IMG/VR virus record: IMGVR_UViG_3300017774_008308 | Span: 1 to 34,140 of that record | Reading direction: 5' to 3' (one strand) | Length of the DNA: 34,140 nt | Source: a virus | Lineage: Duplodnaviria > Caudoviricetes | Shown here: positions 1 through 10,153 of the stretch, in pieces | Layout: each line of letters starts with the position of its first letter | How positions within the stretch are numbered: position 1 is the stretch's first letter | The notes under the pieces: generated by a model | Database searches by the model: none | What the model was told of the DNA's origin: nothing | The model's input: only the letters and a program-made list of their open reading frames with translations | Program-made: the position numbers and the translations under genes

Positions 1-260
1 ATGAAAATGAAGAATATGTTCCTTATCAATTTGATGATGAAAAAGGAAAAGAATTATATTTAAAATATGATAAATCTTATGAAAATCCTTCATGGACTAG
101 AGGTGATTTTCCAAATAGTAAAGAAATCGATTTACAAACCCTATTAGACATTACAGGAATGTCTTTAGAAGAACTTAAAGAACTTAACACTTATCGAGAT
201 GAAGGTTGGACTTTAGATATAGATGAAGATAATGGAACAGTAACAGAGTTTGTAGACTAA
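1..260 (+). CDS. 3' part of acidic hypothetical protein (truncated by window edge)
   Basis: Frame 3 is open from the window start (ENEEYVPYQFDDEKG...VTEFVD) to TAA at 258-260; not in the ORF track. Confidence 0.75.
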   Translation, partial: ENEEYVPYQFDDEKGKELYLKYDKSYENPSWTRGDFPNSKEIDLQTLLDITGMSLEELKELNTYRDEGWTLDIDEDNGTVTEFVD

Positions 261-287
261 AAAATAAAATTAAAATAAACTTTAAAG

Positions 288-315
288 AAAAGCTTGGCAA
301 TGCCAGGCTTTTTTT
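288..315 (+). terminator. Intrinsic terminator hairpin overlapping the polB promoter
   Basis: AAAAGCTTGGC-AAT-GCCAGGCTTTT stem (one G-U pair) with a T7 tract at 309-315, just downstream of the stop at 260. Confidence 0.75.
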
Positions 316-324
316 GTATCTTCA
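293..324 (+). promoter_or_regulatory. Bacteroidota-type sigma70 promoter (P1)
   Basis: CTTG-N20-TATCTTCA, same geometry as five other copies; 15 nt before the polB ATG. Confidence 0.6.
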
Positions 325-339
325 TACCAAATAAAGTTT

Positions 340-2940
340 ATGTATCAATCCGTTTATTACGATAGAGAAGAATATCAGTATTATTTAAGAGATGATAAAA
401 AAGGTTGGAAAGTATTTAAATACTCTCCAACTTATTATGTTGCTCATGAAGATGGTGAAATAGAAACTCTTGATGGAACTAGAGTAGTTCCTATTAAAAA
501 AATGGATAATTACAAAGATCCAAAATATTTTGAAAAAGATGTAGATAAAAATACTCGTTTACTAGTTGATTTTTATCACGAATCAGATGAATCCCCCTCA
601 TATCATAATTTAGTTTATTTAGATATTGAGTGTGAAATTGTTGGAGCCCTTACTCCTGAAAATATTAAAAATCCAAAAGGTAAAATTACATCTATTGCTT
701 TATATGATAATAATAGTAAAAAATACTATTGTTTAATTTTAGATGAAAAGCAATTAATGAATGAAGCTAAATCCGAAAGTAAAGAAGTTATTCCCTATAA
801 AACAGAAAAAGAATTACTTAGTGGTTTTATTGATTTATGGATTAACCTTGACCCAACAATAATTTCAGGATGGAATAGTGAATTTTTTGATATACCTTAT
901 TTATATCATCGTATTAGTAAAGTAATAAGTGAGGATATAGCTAATTATTTATCTCCAATTCAAAAAGTTAAAACCCAAATCGTTCAAACAAAAAATGGTT
1001 TAGCCGAACATGTAAATATAGCAGGTCTTAATCATTTAGATTATATGAACTTATTTAAAAAGTTTATTACTAAACAGGAATCAAGTTATGCTCTAGGTAC
1101 AATTGGGGAAAAATATGTTAAATTAGGTAAAATTGATTATCAAGGTTCACTTGATAAATTATTTAAAGAAGACATAGATAAATTTATTGAATATAATATT
1201 CGAGATGTTGAAATTATTGTTGAATTAGAAAAATCACTTAAGTTTATTGAACTATCAGTTACAATTTGTCACTTATGTCATACACCTTACGAAACTATTT
1301 ACTATTCAACAGTATTAAATGATGGAGCTATTTTAACTTATTTAAAACGTAAAGGTATAGTTTCACCTAATAAACCAACAACATATAATCCTGGATTAAG
1401 AGAAATTAAAGAAGAATATGCTGGAGGTTATTTAAAAGATCCTGTACCTGGATTATATGAATGGGTTATTGATCTTGACTTTACTTCGTTATACCCGTCA
1501 ATTATCCGTTCACTCAATATGGGCATTGAAACATTAGTTGGACGCGTTGTTAACACAGGTAAATTCGATAATCAATGGTCATTAAAGGAACTTAAGAAAA
1601 TGGATTCTAATAAAATAGTTGAAATTGAAAAGGTAAAAAAAGATAGAAAATTAATTCGTTCTGAAATTAAAGTATCTCATTTAATTGAACTTATTGAAGA
1701 AGGTGATTTGCTTATTTCTGCCCCCGGAGTAATATTCCGTAAAGATAAATCAAGTGTTGTTTGTGAAATTTTAGCTGACTGGTTTGCTAAACGCCAGGAA
1801 TATAAAGCGTTAATGAAAAAAGCATATAAAGTTGATAATGACCCTATTATGGGTGAGTTTTACAATAAACGACAACATGCTTATAAAATTAAATTAAATG
1901 ATGTATATGGTGTATTTGCTATTAATAGTTGGAGATACACAGATGGACATAAATTTATTAGTAAAGCTATTACCTTAACAGGCCAAAGGCTTTTACAAGA
2001 AAGCATAAAAAATATGAATTCGTATCTAAATAAAGAAATGAACATTGATAAGGATTCAATTATTACTAGTGACACAGATAGTTTATTTATTCAATGTTCT
2101 GATTTACTACTCCATAGAAACCCGGATTTAGACCTAAATAATAAAGATGAAGTTATACCTAAAATCCTAGAAATAGCTACAGAATTACAGAATATGGCTA
2201 ATAAATTTATAGGTGATTTTTGTCGAGAAGCATTTAATATTAAGATTAATGAACCTCATTATTTTGAATTAAAACAAGAAGTTGTATTAGATAGAGGTTA
2301 TTTTGCAGGTAAACGCAGATATGCTATCCATATTGTAAATAAAGAAGGTGTAACAACTGATGAATTAGATATGAAAGGTTTAGATTTAATGAAATCAAAT
2401 TTTCCTCCATTATTTAGAAAATTTGGAGAACATATTTTAAATCAAATTATGTTTGGTACTAAAAAACCAAATATTGATACTCAAGTACTTGAATTTAGAG
2501 AATCACTTAGAACCGTAGGTTGGGAGCAAATCTTAAAACCTACAGGATTAAAAAAAATGAAAGAATATATAGCTTCAGGCCCTACATCTGGAGAAATATT
2601 TTCAAAACTTGGTTTAAAATGTCCTATTAATACAAAAGCAGCAATATACTACAATGACTTGCTACGATTTAAAGGATTAGATAAAAAACACCCCACATTT
2701 CAAATAGGAGATAAAATGTATATTGGATACCTGAAAGAAAATCCGTATCGTATAGATGTGATTGGATTTAATGGCCATAGTGATCCCCCTGAAATTATGG
2801 AATTTATTGAAAAATATATTGACCGAGATGGATTATTTGATTCAGTAATGAAAAATAAACTTGAAAGTATTTACCTAGATTTAGGTTGGGGTTATCCAAT
2901 ATTTAATAAAAAGATAAATAAATTTTTTATATTTAATTAA
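340..2940 (+). CDS. polB: Family B DNA polymerase (T4 gp43-like) with 3'-5' exonuclease
   Basis: Exo motifs DIECE, GWNSEFFDIPY, YNIRD; pol motifs DFTSLYPSII, KIKLNDVYG, DTDS, KRRY, KGLD. Confidence 0.97.
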   Translation: MYQSVYYDREEYQYYLRDDKKGWKVFKYSPTYYVAHEDGEIETLDGTRVVPIKKMDNYKDPKYFEKDVDKNTRLLVDFYHESDESPSYHNLVYLDIECEIVGALTPENIKNPKGKITSIALYDNNSKKYYCLILDEKQLMNEAKSESKEVIPYKTEKELLSGFIDLWINLDPTIISGWNSEFFDIPYLYHRISKVISEDIANYLSPIQKVKTQIVQTKNGLAEHVNIAGLNHLDYMNLFKKFITKQESSYALGTIGEKYVKLGKIDYQGSLDKLFKEDIDKFIEYNIRDVEIIVELEKSLKFIELSVTICHLCHTPYETIYYSTVLNDGAILTYLKRKGIVSPNKPTTYNPGLREIKEEYAGGYLKDPVPGLYEWVIDLDFTSLYPSIIRSLNMGIETLVGRVVNTGKFDNQWSLKELKKMDSNKIVEIEKVKKDRKLIRSEIKVSHLIELIEEGDLLISAPGVIFRKDKSSVVCEILADWFAKRQEYKALMKKAYKVDNDPIMGEFYNKRQHAYKIKLNDVYGVFAINSWRYTDGHKFISKAITLTGQRLLQESIKNMNSYLNKEMNIDKDSIITSDTDSLFIQCSDLLLHRNPDLDLNNKDEVIPKILEIATELQNMANKFIGDFCREAFNIKINEPHYFELKQEVVLDRGYFAGKRRYAIHIVNKEGVTTDELDMKGLDLMKSNFPPLFRKFGEHILNQIMFGTKKPNIDTQVLEFRESLRTVGWEQILKPTGLKKMKEYIASGPTSGEIFSKLGLKCPINTKAAIYYNDLLRFKGLDKKHPTFQIGDKMYIGYLKENPYRIDVIGFNGHSDPPEIMEFIEKYIDRDGLFDSVMKNKLESIYLDLGWGYPIFNKKINKFFIFN

Positions 2941-2945
2941 AAAAC

Positions 2946-3686
2946 ATGATTAATAAACTAGATCTTTCCTCAGTAATTTCAAAATATTATCTTAATGGGC
3001 TTGTTGAACCTGTTAAATGGGATATTAAAGATAAAGTTATAACTATTAAATTTAATGCACCAACAAAAGATATGATTGGTAAAGTTGAATTTATAGGTAT
3101 GCCTCTTGAAGATTCAACAATTGCTATTAGTAATACAACTCAATTAAATAAATTAATTGCAATTACAAATGGTTATTTAGAATTAAAATATGAAAAAATA
3201 AACAAATTTATTACAAAACTTATTATAGCTGATAATCAATTTACTTTAAATTATGCTTTAGCAGATACAATGATTATACCTAAAGCAGGTGAATTAGGAG
3301 ATATTGGAGATTGGAATATTGAAGCTCCTTTAGATAATGAAAGTATTAATGCTATTGTTAGAGCTAAATCAGCACTTGCTGAAAGTGAAACAGTAGTTAT
3401 TAAACCCTTTGAAAATGCAGATAATGAATTTCAAATTGAAATGCAATTTGGGGGTAATATAGAACATGCTAATAAAGTATCTTTTTATATCCCTCAAGCA
3501 ACATATTCTAACCTCCCAGATGATTTTAAAGAACATTACAATTCAAATATGATTAGAGAAATTATGTATTGTAATAAAGATATGGCTAATGGAACTATTA
3601 GTATTAATTTAGAAGGTATTATGAAATTAGAATTTAAAAATGAAAATTTTAAAAGCACTTATTATCTTGTGTCAAAAGAAATCTAA
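2946..3686 (+). CDS. DNA polymerase sliding clamp (gp45/PCNA-like)
   Basis: 246 aa, acidic, two-domain size typical of trimeric clamps; directly after polB and upstream of clamp loader genes. Confidence 0.75.
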   Translation: MINKLDLSSVISKYYLNGLVEPVKWDIKDKVITIKFNAPTKDMIGKVEFIGMPLEDSTIAISNTTQLNKLIAITNGYLELKYEKINKFITKLIIADNQFTLNYALADTMIIPKAGELGDIGDWNIEAPLDNESINAIVRAKSALAESETVVIKPFENADNEFQIEMQFGGNIEHANKVSFYIPQATYSNLPDDFKEHYNSNMIREIMYCNKDMANGTISINLEGIMKLEFKNENFKSTYYLVSKEI

Positions 3687-3703
3687 TAATATATTTATAT
3701 AAG

Positions 3704-3779
3704 ACAAAACCATGACTTTAGGGAGCAAGTTTTGTAAATGTTTAACCCGCTGATCCTAGGACAGCACAATTTTAATGTG
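3704..3779 (+). promoter_or_regulatory. Structured 5' leader of hsp20
   Basis: Stem ACAAAAC(3704-3710)/GTTTTGT(3729-3735) with an 18-nt loop; second stem GCTG-A-TC-CTAG-GA-CAGC (3749-3765); weak CACA/TGTG next to the ATG. Confidence 0.6.
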
Positions 3780-4231
3780 ATATGAGTACACTATTTAGAG
3801 AAAATTATTTCTCACCATTTGATTTATTAGTTAAAGACTTTTTTAAGTCGGAATTAGATTTCCAACCCGCCAATCAAGCCAAATATTCCCACCCTGTAGA
3901 TATCTACGAAAACCCCGAAGGCCTTTATTTTGAAATAGCCTGTACGGGTCTTACTAAAAAAGATATTGAAATTCAAATCGAAGGGGATATTTTAAATATT
4001 CGTTATAATAAAGATAACGATAAAAAATGTTGTGAAGTAAATAATTGCAATTATATTCATAAAGGAATTGCTAGACGTTCTTTTAGTTTAGGATATAAAG
4101 TTGCAAATAAATTTAACCTTACTCTAGCTTTAGCAGAAATGGAAAATGGTCTTCTTAAGATTTCCATCCCCTTTTCTGAAGAATTAAAACCAAAAATCCT
4201 TACAATTAAGTAATTAAAAAGCTCCCTAAAG
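3716..4231. repeat. 11-bp perfect inverted repeat bracketing hsp20
   Basis: CTTTAGGGAGC at 3716-3726 and its reverse complement GCTCCCTAAAG at 4221-4231. Confidence 0.9.
3782..4213 (+). CDS. hsp20: Small heat shock protein, Hsp20/alpha-crystallin family
   Basis: PVDIYE, GLTKKDIEI, YIHKGIARRSF, AEMENGLLKISIP motifs; 143 aa. Confidence 0.95.
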   Translation: MSTLFRENYFSPFDLLVKDFFKSELDFQPANQAKYSHPVDIYENPEGLYFEIACTGLTKKDIEIQIEGDILNIRYNKDNDKKCCEVNNCNYIHKGIARRSFSLGYKVANKFNLTLALAEMENGLLKISIPFSEELKPKILTIK

Positions 4232-4263
4232 CTTGGATTAATTAAGAATATTTCGTATATTCA
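4232..4263 (+). promoter_or_regulatory. Bacteroidota-type promoter (P2) ahead of the groES/groEL block
   Basis: CTTG-N20(ending TTCG)-TATATTCA. Confidence 0.7.
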
Positions 4264-4283
4264 CGTTATAAAATAAAAAAACT

Positions 4284-4583
4284 ATGAGTTATACAATTAT
4301 TAAAGATCCGGTTCTTGAACCATTTTTCCTTTCCAAAGACGAATACTGTTATACAGTATACGAAATTGTAACCCCTGATCCTAAAAATTTAGAAAAGGGT
4401 AGTAAAGGGAAAGATTATCAAAAAGCTCTCGGACATTACACAAAACTTTCCCATGCTTTGAATTGCATTGCCAAAGTAAAACTTGATCATAAGAAAGAAT
4501 ACGACAGTATTAAATCTTACATTCAGGAATGGGAAATTAACAAACAAGCAATGGAAACTTTATTAGAATCATTAGGAATATGA
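4284..4583 (+). CDS. Hypothetical phage protein
   Basis: 99 aa ORF, A-rich upstream region, ATGA overlap with groES. Confidence 0.8.
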   Translation: MSYTIIKDPVLEPFFLSKDEYCYTVYEIVTPDPKNLEKGSKGKDYQKALGHYTKLSHALNCIAKVKLDHKKEYDSIKSYIQEWEINKQAMETLLESLGI

Positions 4584-4876
4584 AATTAGAAGCAATTTAC
4601 AATGCCGTTATCGTAAAACCAATCGAAACGGAAGAAACCACTTATGGTGGAATAATCGTCCCGGATTTAGGGAGTGAAAAAAATAAACTAGCTGAAGTAA
4701 TAACAGTTGGTGAAGGTTACTTTTCGGTAACTGGGGTCTGGATAGAAACAGTTCTTAAAGTTGGAGATATAGTAATACTCCCTACAATGGGATTTAGTAA
4801 GGTAGAATTTGAAGGAGAAGAATACTGGATAGGCCCAGAAAATCAAGTTCTAGGTAAAATAAATAATAACAATTAA
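4580..4876 (+). CDS. groES: Co-chaperonin GroES (Cpn10)
   Basis: Mobile loop ETTYGGIIVPD, VITVGEG, LKVGDIV; 98 aa, directly before groEL. Confidence 0.95.
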   Translation: MKLEAIYNAVIVKPIETEETTYGGIIVPDLGSEKNKLAEVITVGEGYFSVTGVWIETVLKVGDIVILPTMGFSKVEFEGEEYWIGPENQVLGKINNNN

Positions 4877-4882
4877 AAATAA

Positions 4883-6499
<1,617 letters not shown>

Positions 6500-6510
6500 A
6501 AATAAAACAT

Positions 6511-6708
6511 ATGAGAGATACAGTGAATTTAATAGGTAAAAAAATTGTATTAAATGATAAAACATATACTATTAATACAATAAATTTTATGCCAACTCCT
6601 GCCCAACCTAAAAACCATATTTGGGTTGGGTTAGAAATCCAGGGGACACTTCATAATTACGCTTATGAAGATTTATTACCTCACTTTAAAGAACAAATTA
6701 AGTTATGA
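6511..6708 (+). CDS. Hypothetical protein
   Basis: 65 aa, fills the gap after groEL, ATGA overlap with next ORF. Confidence 0.7.
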   Translation: MRDTVNLIGKKIVLNDKTYTINTINFMPTPAQPKNHIWVGLEIQGTLHNYAYEDLLPHFKEQIKL

Positions 6709-6956
6709 AACAAGAAATTGAGAAAAATATCCTTATAGCAGAACGTGTACCTCCTGGAGATCAATGGCAAGTATCAGGAATTGAGGAAGTTCAACCTACT
6801 CTTACAGATGCTTTAAATGCTTTTTATATGAATACAACTATAAAACCTAGTGCATTTAGACTTGAACCCTTAAAAGGAAATTTGTACATTATTACAACAG
6901 AAGAAGTTGAAATTATAAAACCTAAGCCTAAAACCTTTAATTTATACGGAGAGTAA
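6705..6956 (+). CDS. Hypothetical protein
   Basis: 83 aa, coupled on both sides (ATGA, TAATG). Confidence 0.75.
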   Translation: MKQEIEKNILIAERVPPGDQWQVSGIEEVQPTLTDALNAFYMNTTIKPSAFRLEPLKGNLYIITTEEVEIIKPKPKTFNLYGE

Positions 6957-7870
6957 TGAGAAAAAAAGAACATACATTATGGGTTGAACGTTATAGATCC
7001 CAAACACTTGAAAATTATGTTGGAAATGAAAATATTAAATCTACTATAGAAAAATATCTTCAACAAAATGATATTCAAAATTTCTTATTTTATGGTCCTG
7101 CAGGAACAGGTAAAACTACTCTTGCTAAATTAATTGTAAATAACTTAGATTGTGATTTTATGTACATCAATGCTAGTGATGAAAGAGGAATTGACACAAT
7201 TCGTGACAAAGTATCAGGATTTGCAAGTGCCGCATCTTTTAAACCACTTAAAGTTATTATTTTAGATGAAGCTGATTTTATTACTATTCAAGGACAAGCA
7301 GCTCTTCGAAATGTAATTGAAACCTATTCACGTACAACTCGTTTTATTTTAACTTGTAACTATGTTGAAAGAATTATTGATCCTCTTCAATCACGTTGTC
7401 AAGTATTAAAAATTGTTCCTCCTTCAAAACAAGACATTGCTAAACATATATCAGGTATTTTAGAAAAAGAAGAAGTACTACATACCATAGAAGATATTAA
7501 ACTTTTAGTAAACCAATTTTATCCCGATTTACGCAAAATGTTAAACACAGCTCAATTATCAAATAAAGATGGAGAGCTTAAAATTGATAAATCAGTAATT
7601 GTATCTTCAAATTACATGATTCAAGTAGTTAAAGAATTATCTAACCCAAAACCAAATTTTAATGAAATACGTCAAATTATTGCAAACGCAAATATCCATG
7701 ATTTTGAGGAGCTGTATCGTTTCTTGTATGATAACGCTTCTGTTTATGTACCTGGGAATGAAGGAATGGTGGCAATCTATACTAACGAATATACGTACCA
7801 ATCGAACTTCAGACTAGATAAAGAAATTAACTGTATGGCTTTAATTGCTAGGTTAATTGAATTAAAATAA
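6956..7870 (+). CDS. Clamp loader AAA+ subunit (T4 gp44 / RFC small subunit-like)
   Basis: LWVERYR, Walker A GPAGTGKTT, NASDERGID, Walker B IILDEAD, SRC motif (LQSRC). Confidence 0.96.
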   Translation: MRKKEHTLWVERYRSQTLENYVGNENIKSTIEKYLQQNDIQNFLFYGPAGTGKTTLAKLIVNNLDCDFMYINASDERGIDTIRDKVSGFASAASFKPLKVIILDEADFITIQGQAALRNVIETYSRTTRFILTCNYVERIIDPLQSRCQVLKIVPPSKQDIAKHISGILEKEEVLHTIEDIKLLVNQFYPDLRKMLNTAQLSNKDGELKIDKSVIVSSNYMIQVVKELSNPKPNFNEIRQIIANANIHDFEELYRFLYDNASVYVPGNEGMVAIYTNEYTYQSNFRLDKEINCMALIARLIELK

Positions 7871-7888
7871 ATAAATAATAAAATAAAT

Positions 7889-8140
7889 ATGAACCAAAAA
7901 CCACAAATGAATGTCAACATTGACATTAAAAACACAACACCAATCACATCACCTGAGGGTAATCAAGTATTCCAAGAAGGAGTAATTTTACGTAGAGTAT
8001 CTAAATTTGTAACAGGAACTCAAGAGGATGGAATAGTTCCAGTTCCCGTATTTTTTGATGTAAAAACAGGAAAAATATTAGTAGAATTATTGCCTAAAGA
8101 ATTACGTGATGAATTTGAAAACCCAGATGACTCTATTTGA
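7889..8140 (+). CDS. Hypothetical protein between clamp loader subunits
   Basis: 83 aa ORF, beta-rich, cysteine-free. Confidence 0.8.
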   Translation: MNQKPQMNVNIDIKNTTPITSPEGNQVFQEGVILRRVSKFVTGTQEDGIVPVPVFFDVKTGKILVELLPKELRDEFENPDDSI

Positions 8141-8549
8141 TTTTTTGAATGAAATAACTTTTAATAAAAGAGATTGGTCAACTTTTACAGAAGATCAAAA
8201 AGAATCATTTAATCCGTATATGATCCACAGATATGTTAGTATGTATTCTAAATATGTTGATATCGCGAATGTTGCACAAAAACTTCCAATCAATGAAAAA
8301 GAAAAAATATATAATATATACAAAACCATGTTACCAAAGAAAAAAATGTTTCTTAAATATGTAAAAAAACAAAGTAAAAATACATATGATGATTTATTAA
8401 AATATGTTTCCGAATATTACCAATGTAGTTTTGGAGAAGCAGAAGAATATATTGATATTATACGAGAATCTGGAGTTAGAGGTATTCTTTGGGAAATGGG
8501 AATTAATGAAAAAGAAACAGACAAATTAATCAAAAAAGCAAAGTTATGA
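8127..8549 (+). CDS. Clamp loader small subunit (T4 gp62-like); start revised to ATG 8127
   Basis: MTLFDFLNEIT...FNPYMIHRYVSM...LPKKKMFLKY pattern recalled for gp62-like proteins; position after gp44-like gene. Confidence 0.75.
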   Translation: MTLFDFLNEITFNKRDWSTFTEDQKESFNPYMIHRYVSMYSKYVDIANVAQKLPINEKEKIYNIYKTMLPKKKMFLKYVKKQSKNTYDDLLKYVSEYYQCSFGEAEEYIDIIRESGVRGILWEMGINEKETDKLIKKAKL

Positions 8550-8923
8550 TTACTGAAAACCAAGGTTATAACCCAACAGGAACTGAAAAAGCCATCTCAG
8601 ATTTTGAAAAAATGTATCCAACTTTAGCTGAATCTTTTAAAGAAAATCAACAAGAACAATATGAATTATTTGCTCGCAAAATGATGGATTATGGTTTAGC
8701 AAATATTACTTTAGGGTCTACACTTGAGGATCCTGAGGATATTAATCTTTCGTTGACTGGTATTTGGTTGCGCTGTAATGACAAGATAAATCGCTTAAAA
8801 AACATGTTAAAACGCAAGGGTCGTAACTATGTTCAAGATGAGCCAATGATTGATAGTTTTATTGACATTGCTAACTACAGCATTATAGCCCAGTTAGTAA
8901 TGAAAGGTAAATGGAAAAAATAA
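8546..8923 (+). CDS. DUF1599 / nucleotide-modification-associated domain 1-like protein
   Basis: KxxDYG, RxxDKxxRL, DSFIDIANYSII motifs. Confidence 0.75.
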   Translation: MITENQGYNPTGTEKAISDFEKMYPTLAESFKENQQEQYELFARKMMDYGLANITLGSTLEDPEDINLSLTGIWLRCNDKINRLKNMLKRKGRNYVQDEPMIDSFIDIANYSIIAQLVMKGKWKK

Positions 8924-8941
8924 AAAGTTATATAAAAAGTT

Positions 8942-9931
8942 TTGACTAAAAAAAGAAAAATACCTCAAATTCTAAAACAAATAAAGAATCAACCACTACG
9001 AGAAATAAATCACGCTTTTCAAAAAGCTATTTCCTACAGTCAGTTTTCCGTATTTGCTTCGTGCCCTCATAAATGGAGTTTACAGTATAGAGACGGCAAA
9101 TACACGTCTGAATCATCAATTCATATGACCTTTGGGACTGCGTTGCACGAAACTTTACAGCATTATATAACAACTATATATGAGATAAGTGGTGCTGAAG
9201 CTGATCGAATTAATTTAGGAGAATATTTTGAAGAACGTTTTAGAGAAACATATTTAAAAGATTATAAATCAAATAAAAATATTCATTTTAGTACTCCCGA
9301 AGAAATGAATGAATTCTTTACAGATGGAATTGAAATAATAAATTTTTTAAAGAAAAAAAGAGGAAAATATTTTGGAAAAAAAGGATGGTATTTAGTAGGT
9401 TGTGAATTACCTTTAATTGTCCAACCAAACCCACAATATAATAATATATTATATAAAGGTTATTTAGATGTAGTTTTATATCATGAAGCTACTAATAAAT
9501 TTAAAATTTTAGATATTAAAACCTCTACTAGAGGTTGGGATGCTAAAACTAAAACAGATGAAATAAAACAATTTCAACTTATTTTGTACAAAAAGTACTT
9601 TGCTCAACAATTTAATATCCCCTTGGACGATATTGAAATTGAATTTTTTATTGTAAAACGTAAAGTTTGGGAACAATCGGATTTCCCCACATCAAGAATC
9701 CAAGAATTTAAACCAGCATCTGGTAAAGTTAAATTAAGTAAAGCATATAATGCAATTAATAAATTTATAAATGAAGCATTTAACGATAATGGGACTCATA
9801 ATACTGTAAACCATCTTCCAAATCCTTCTGCCTTTAATTGTAGATTTTGTGTTTTTAAAGATAATGAAGAACTATGTAATAAAGGATTAACCTTGAAGAA
9901 TCCTGATATATTTATATCAAAAAACAATTAA
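8942..9931 (+). CDS. PD-(D/E)XK nuclease, Cas4/AddB-like Fe-S exonuclease
   Basis: ISYSQ...CP, FGTALHE, E...GYLD...ILDIKTS, QLILY, and C-terminal CRFC-x8-C; TTG start uncertain. Confidence 0.88.
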   Translation: MTKKRKIPQILKQIKNQPLREINHAFQKAISYSQFSVFASCPHKWSLQYRDGKYTSESSIHMTFGTALHETLQHYITTIYEISGAEADRINLGEYFEERFRETYLKDYKSNKNIHFSTPEEMNEFFTDGIEIINFLKKKRGKYFGKKGWYLVGCELPLIVQPNPQYNNILYKGYLDVVLYHEATNKFKILDIKTSTRGWDAKTKTDEIKQFQLILYKKYFAQQFNIPLDDIEIEFFIVKRKVWEQSDFPTSRIQEFKPASGKVKLSKAYNAINKFINEAFNDNGTHNTVNHLPNPSAFNCRFCVFKDNEELCNKGLTLKNPDIFISKNN

Positions 9932-9942
9932 AAATTAAATCT

Positions 9943-10134
9943 ATGAGTAAAAAAGACATGACCCTAACTTCGGTTAAAGTACAAAGTGAGTTATTTGATA
10001 ATTTTAAAATTTCTTGTGTAAGATATAAATTTTCACTACAAAAGCTTGCCGATCGAACAATTCATTTGTATCTTACCGATGAAGAATTTAGAAAAAAAAT
10101 TCACAACCATAATAATCTAGAAATTAATAATTAA
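9943..10134 (+). CDS. Ribbon-helix-helix DNA-binding protein
   Basis: Alternating strand LTSVKV followed by two helices (ELFDNFKISC, SLQKLADRTIHLY); 63 aa; first gene before the glycan locus. Confidence 0.65.
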   Translation: MSKKDMTLTSVKVQSELFDNFKISCVRYKFSLQKLADRTIHLYLTDEEFRKKIHNHNNLEINN

Positions 10135-10153
10135 CAATTAAATTAAAGTTACA

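Noticed and set aside
340-2940. Intein or intron in the polymerase
   Set aside because: Continuous 866-aa ORF with normally spaced motifs
3692-3699. T4 late promoter TATAAATA on the minus strand
   Set aside because: It would point away from all genes; considered instead as a plus-strand motif
8942-9931. CRISPR-Cas system implied by the Cas4-like gene
   Set aside because: No repeat-spacer array or other cas genes seen in the window
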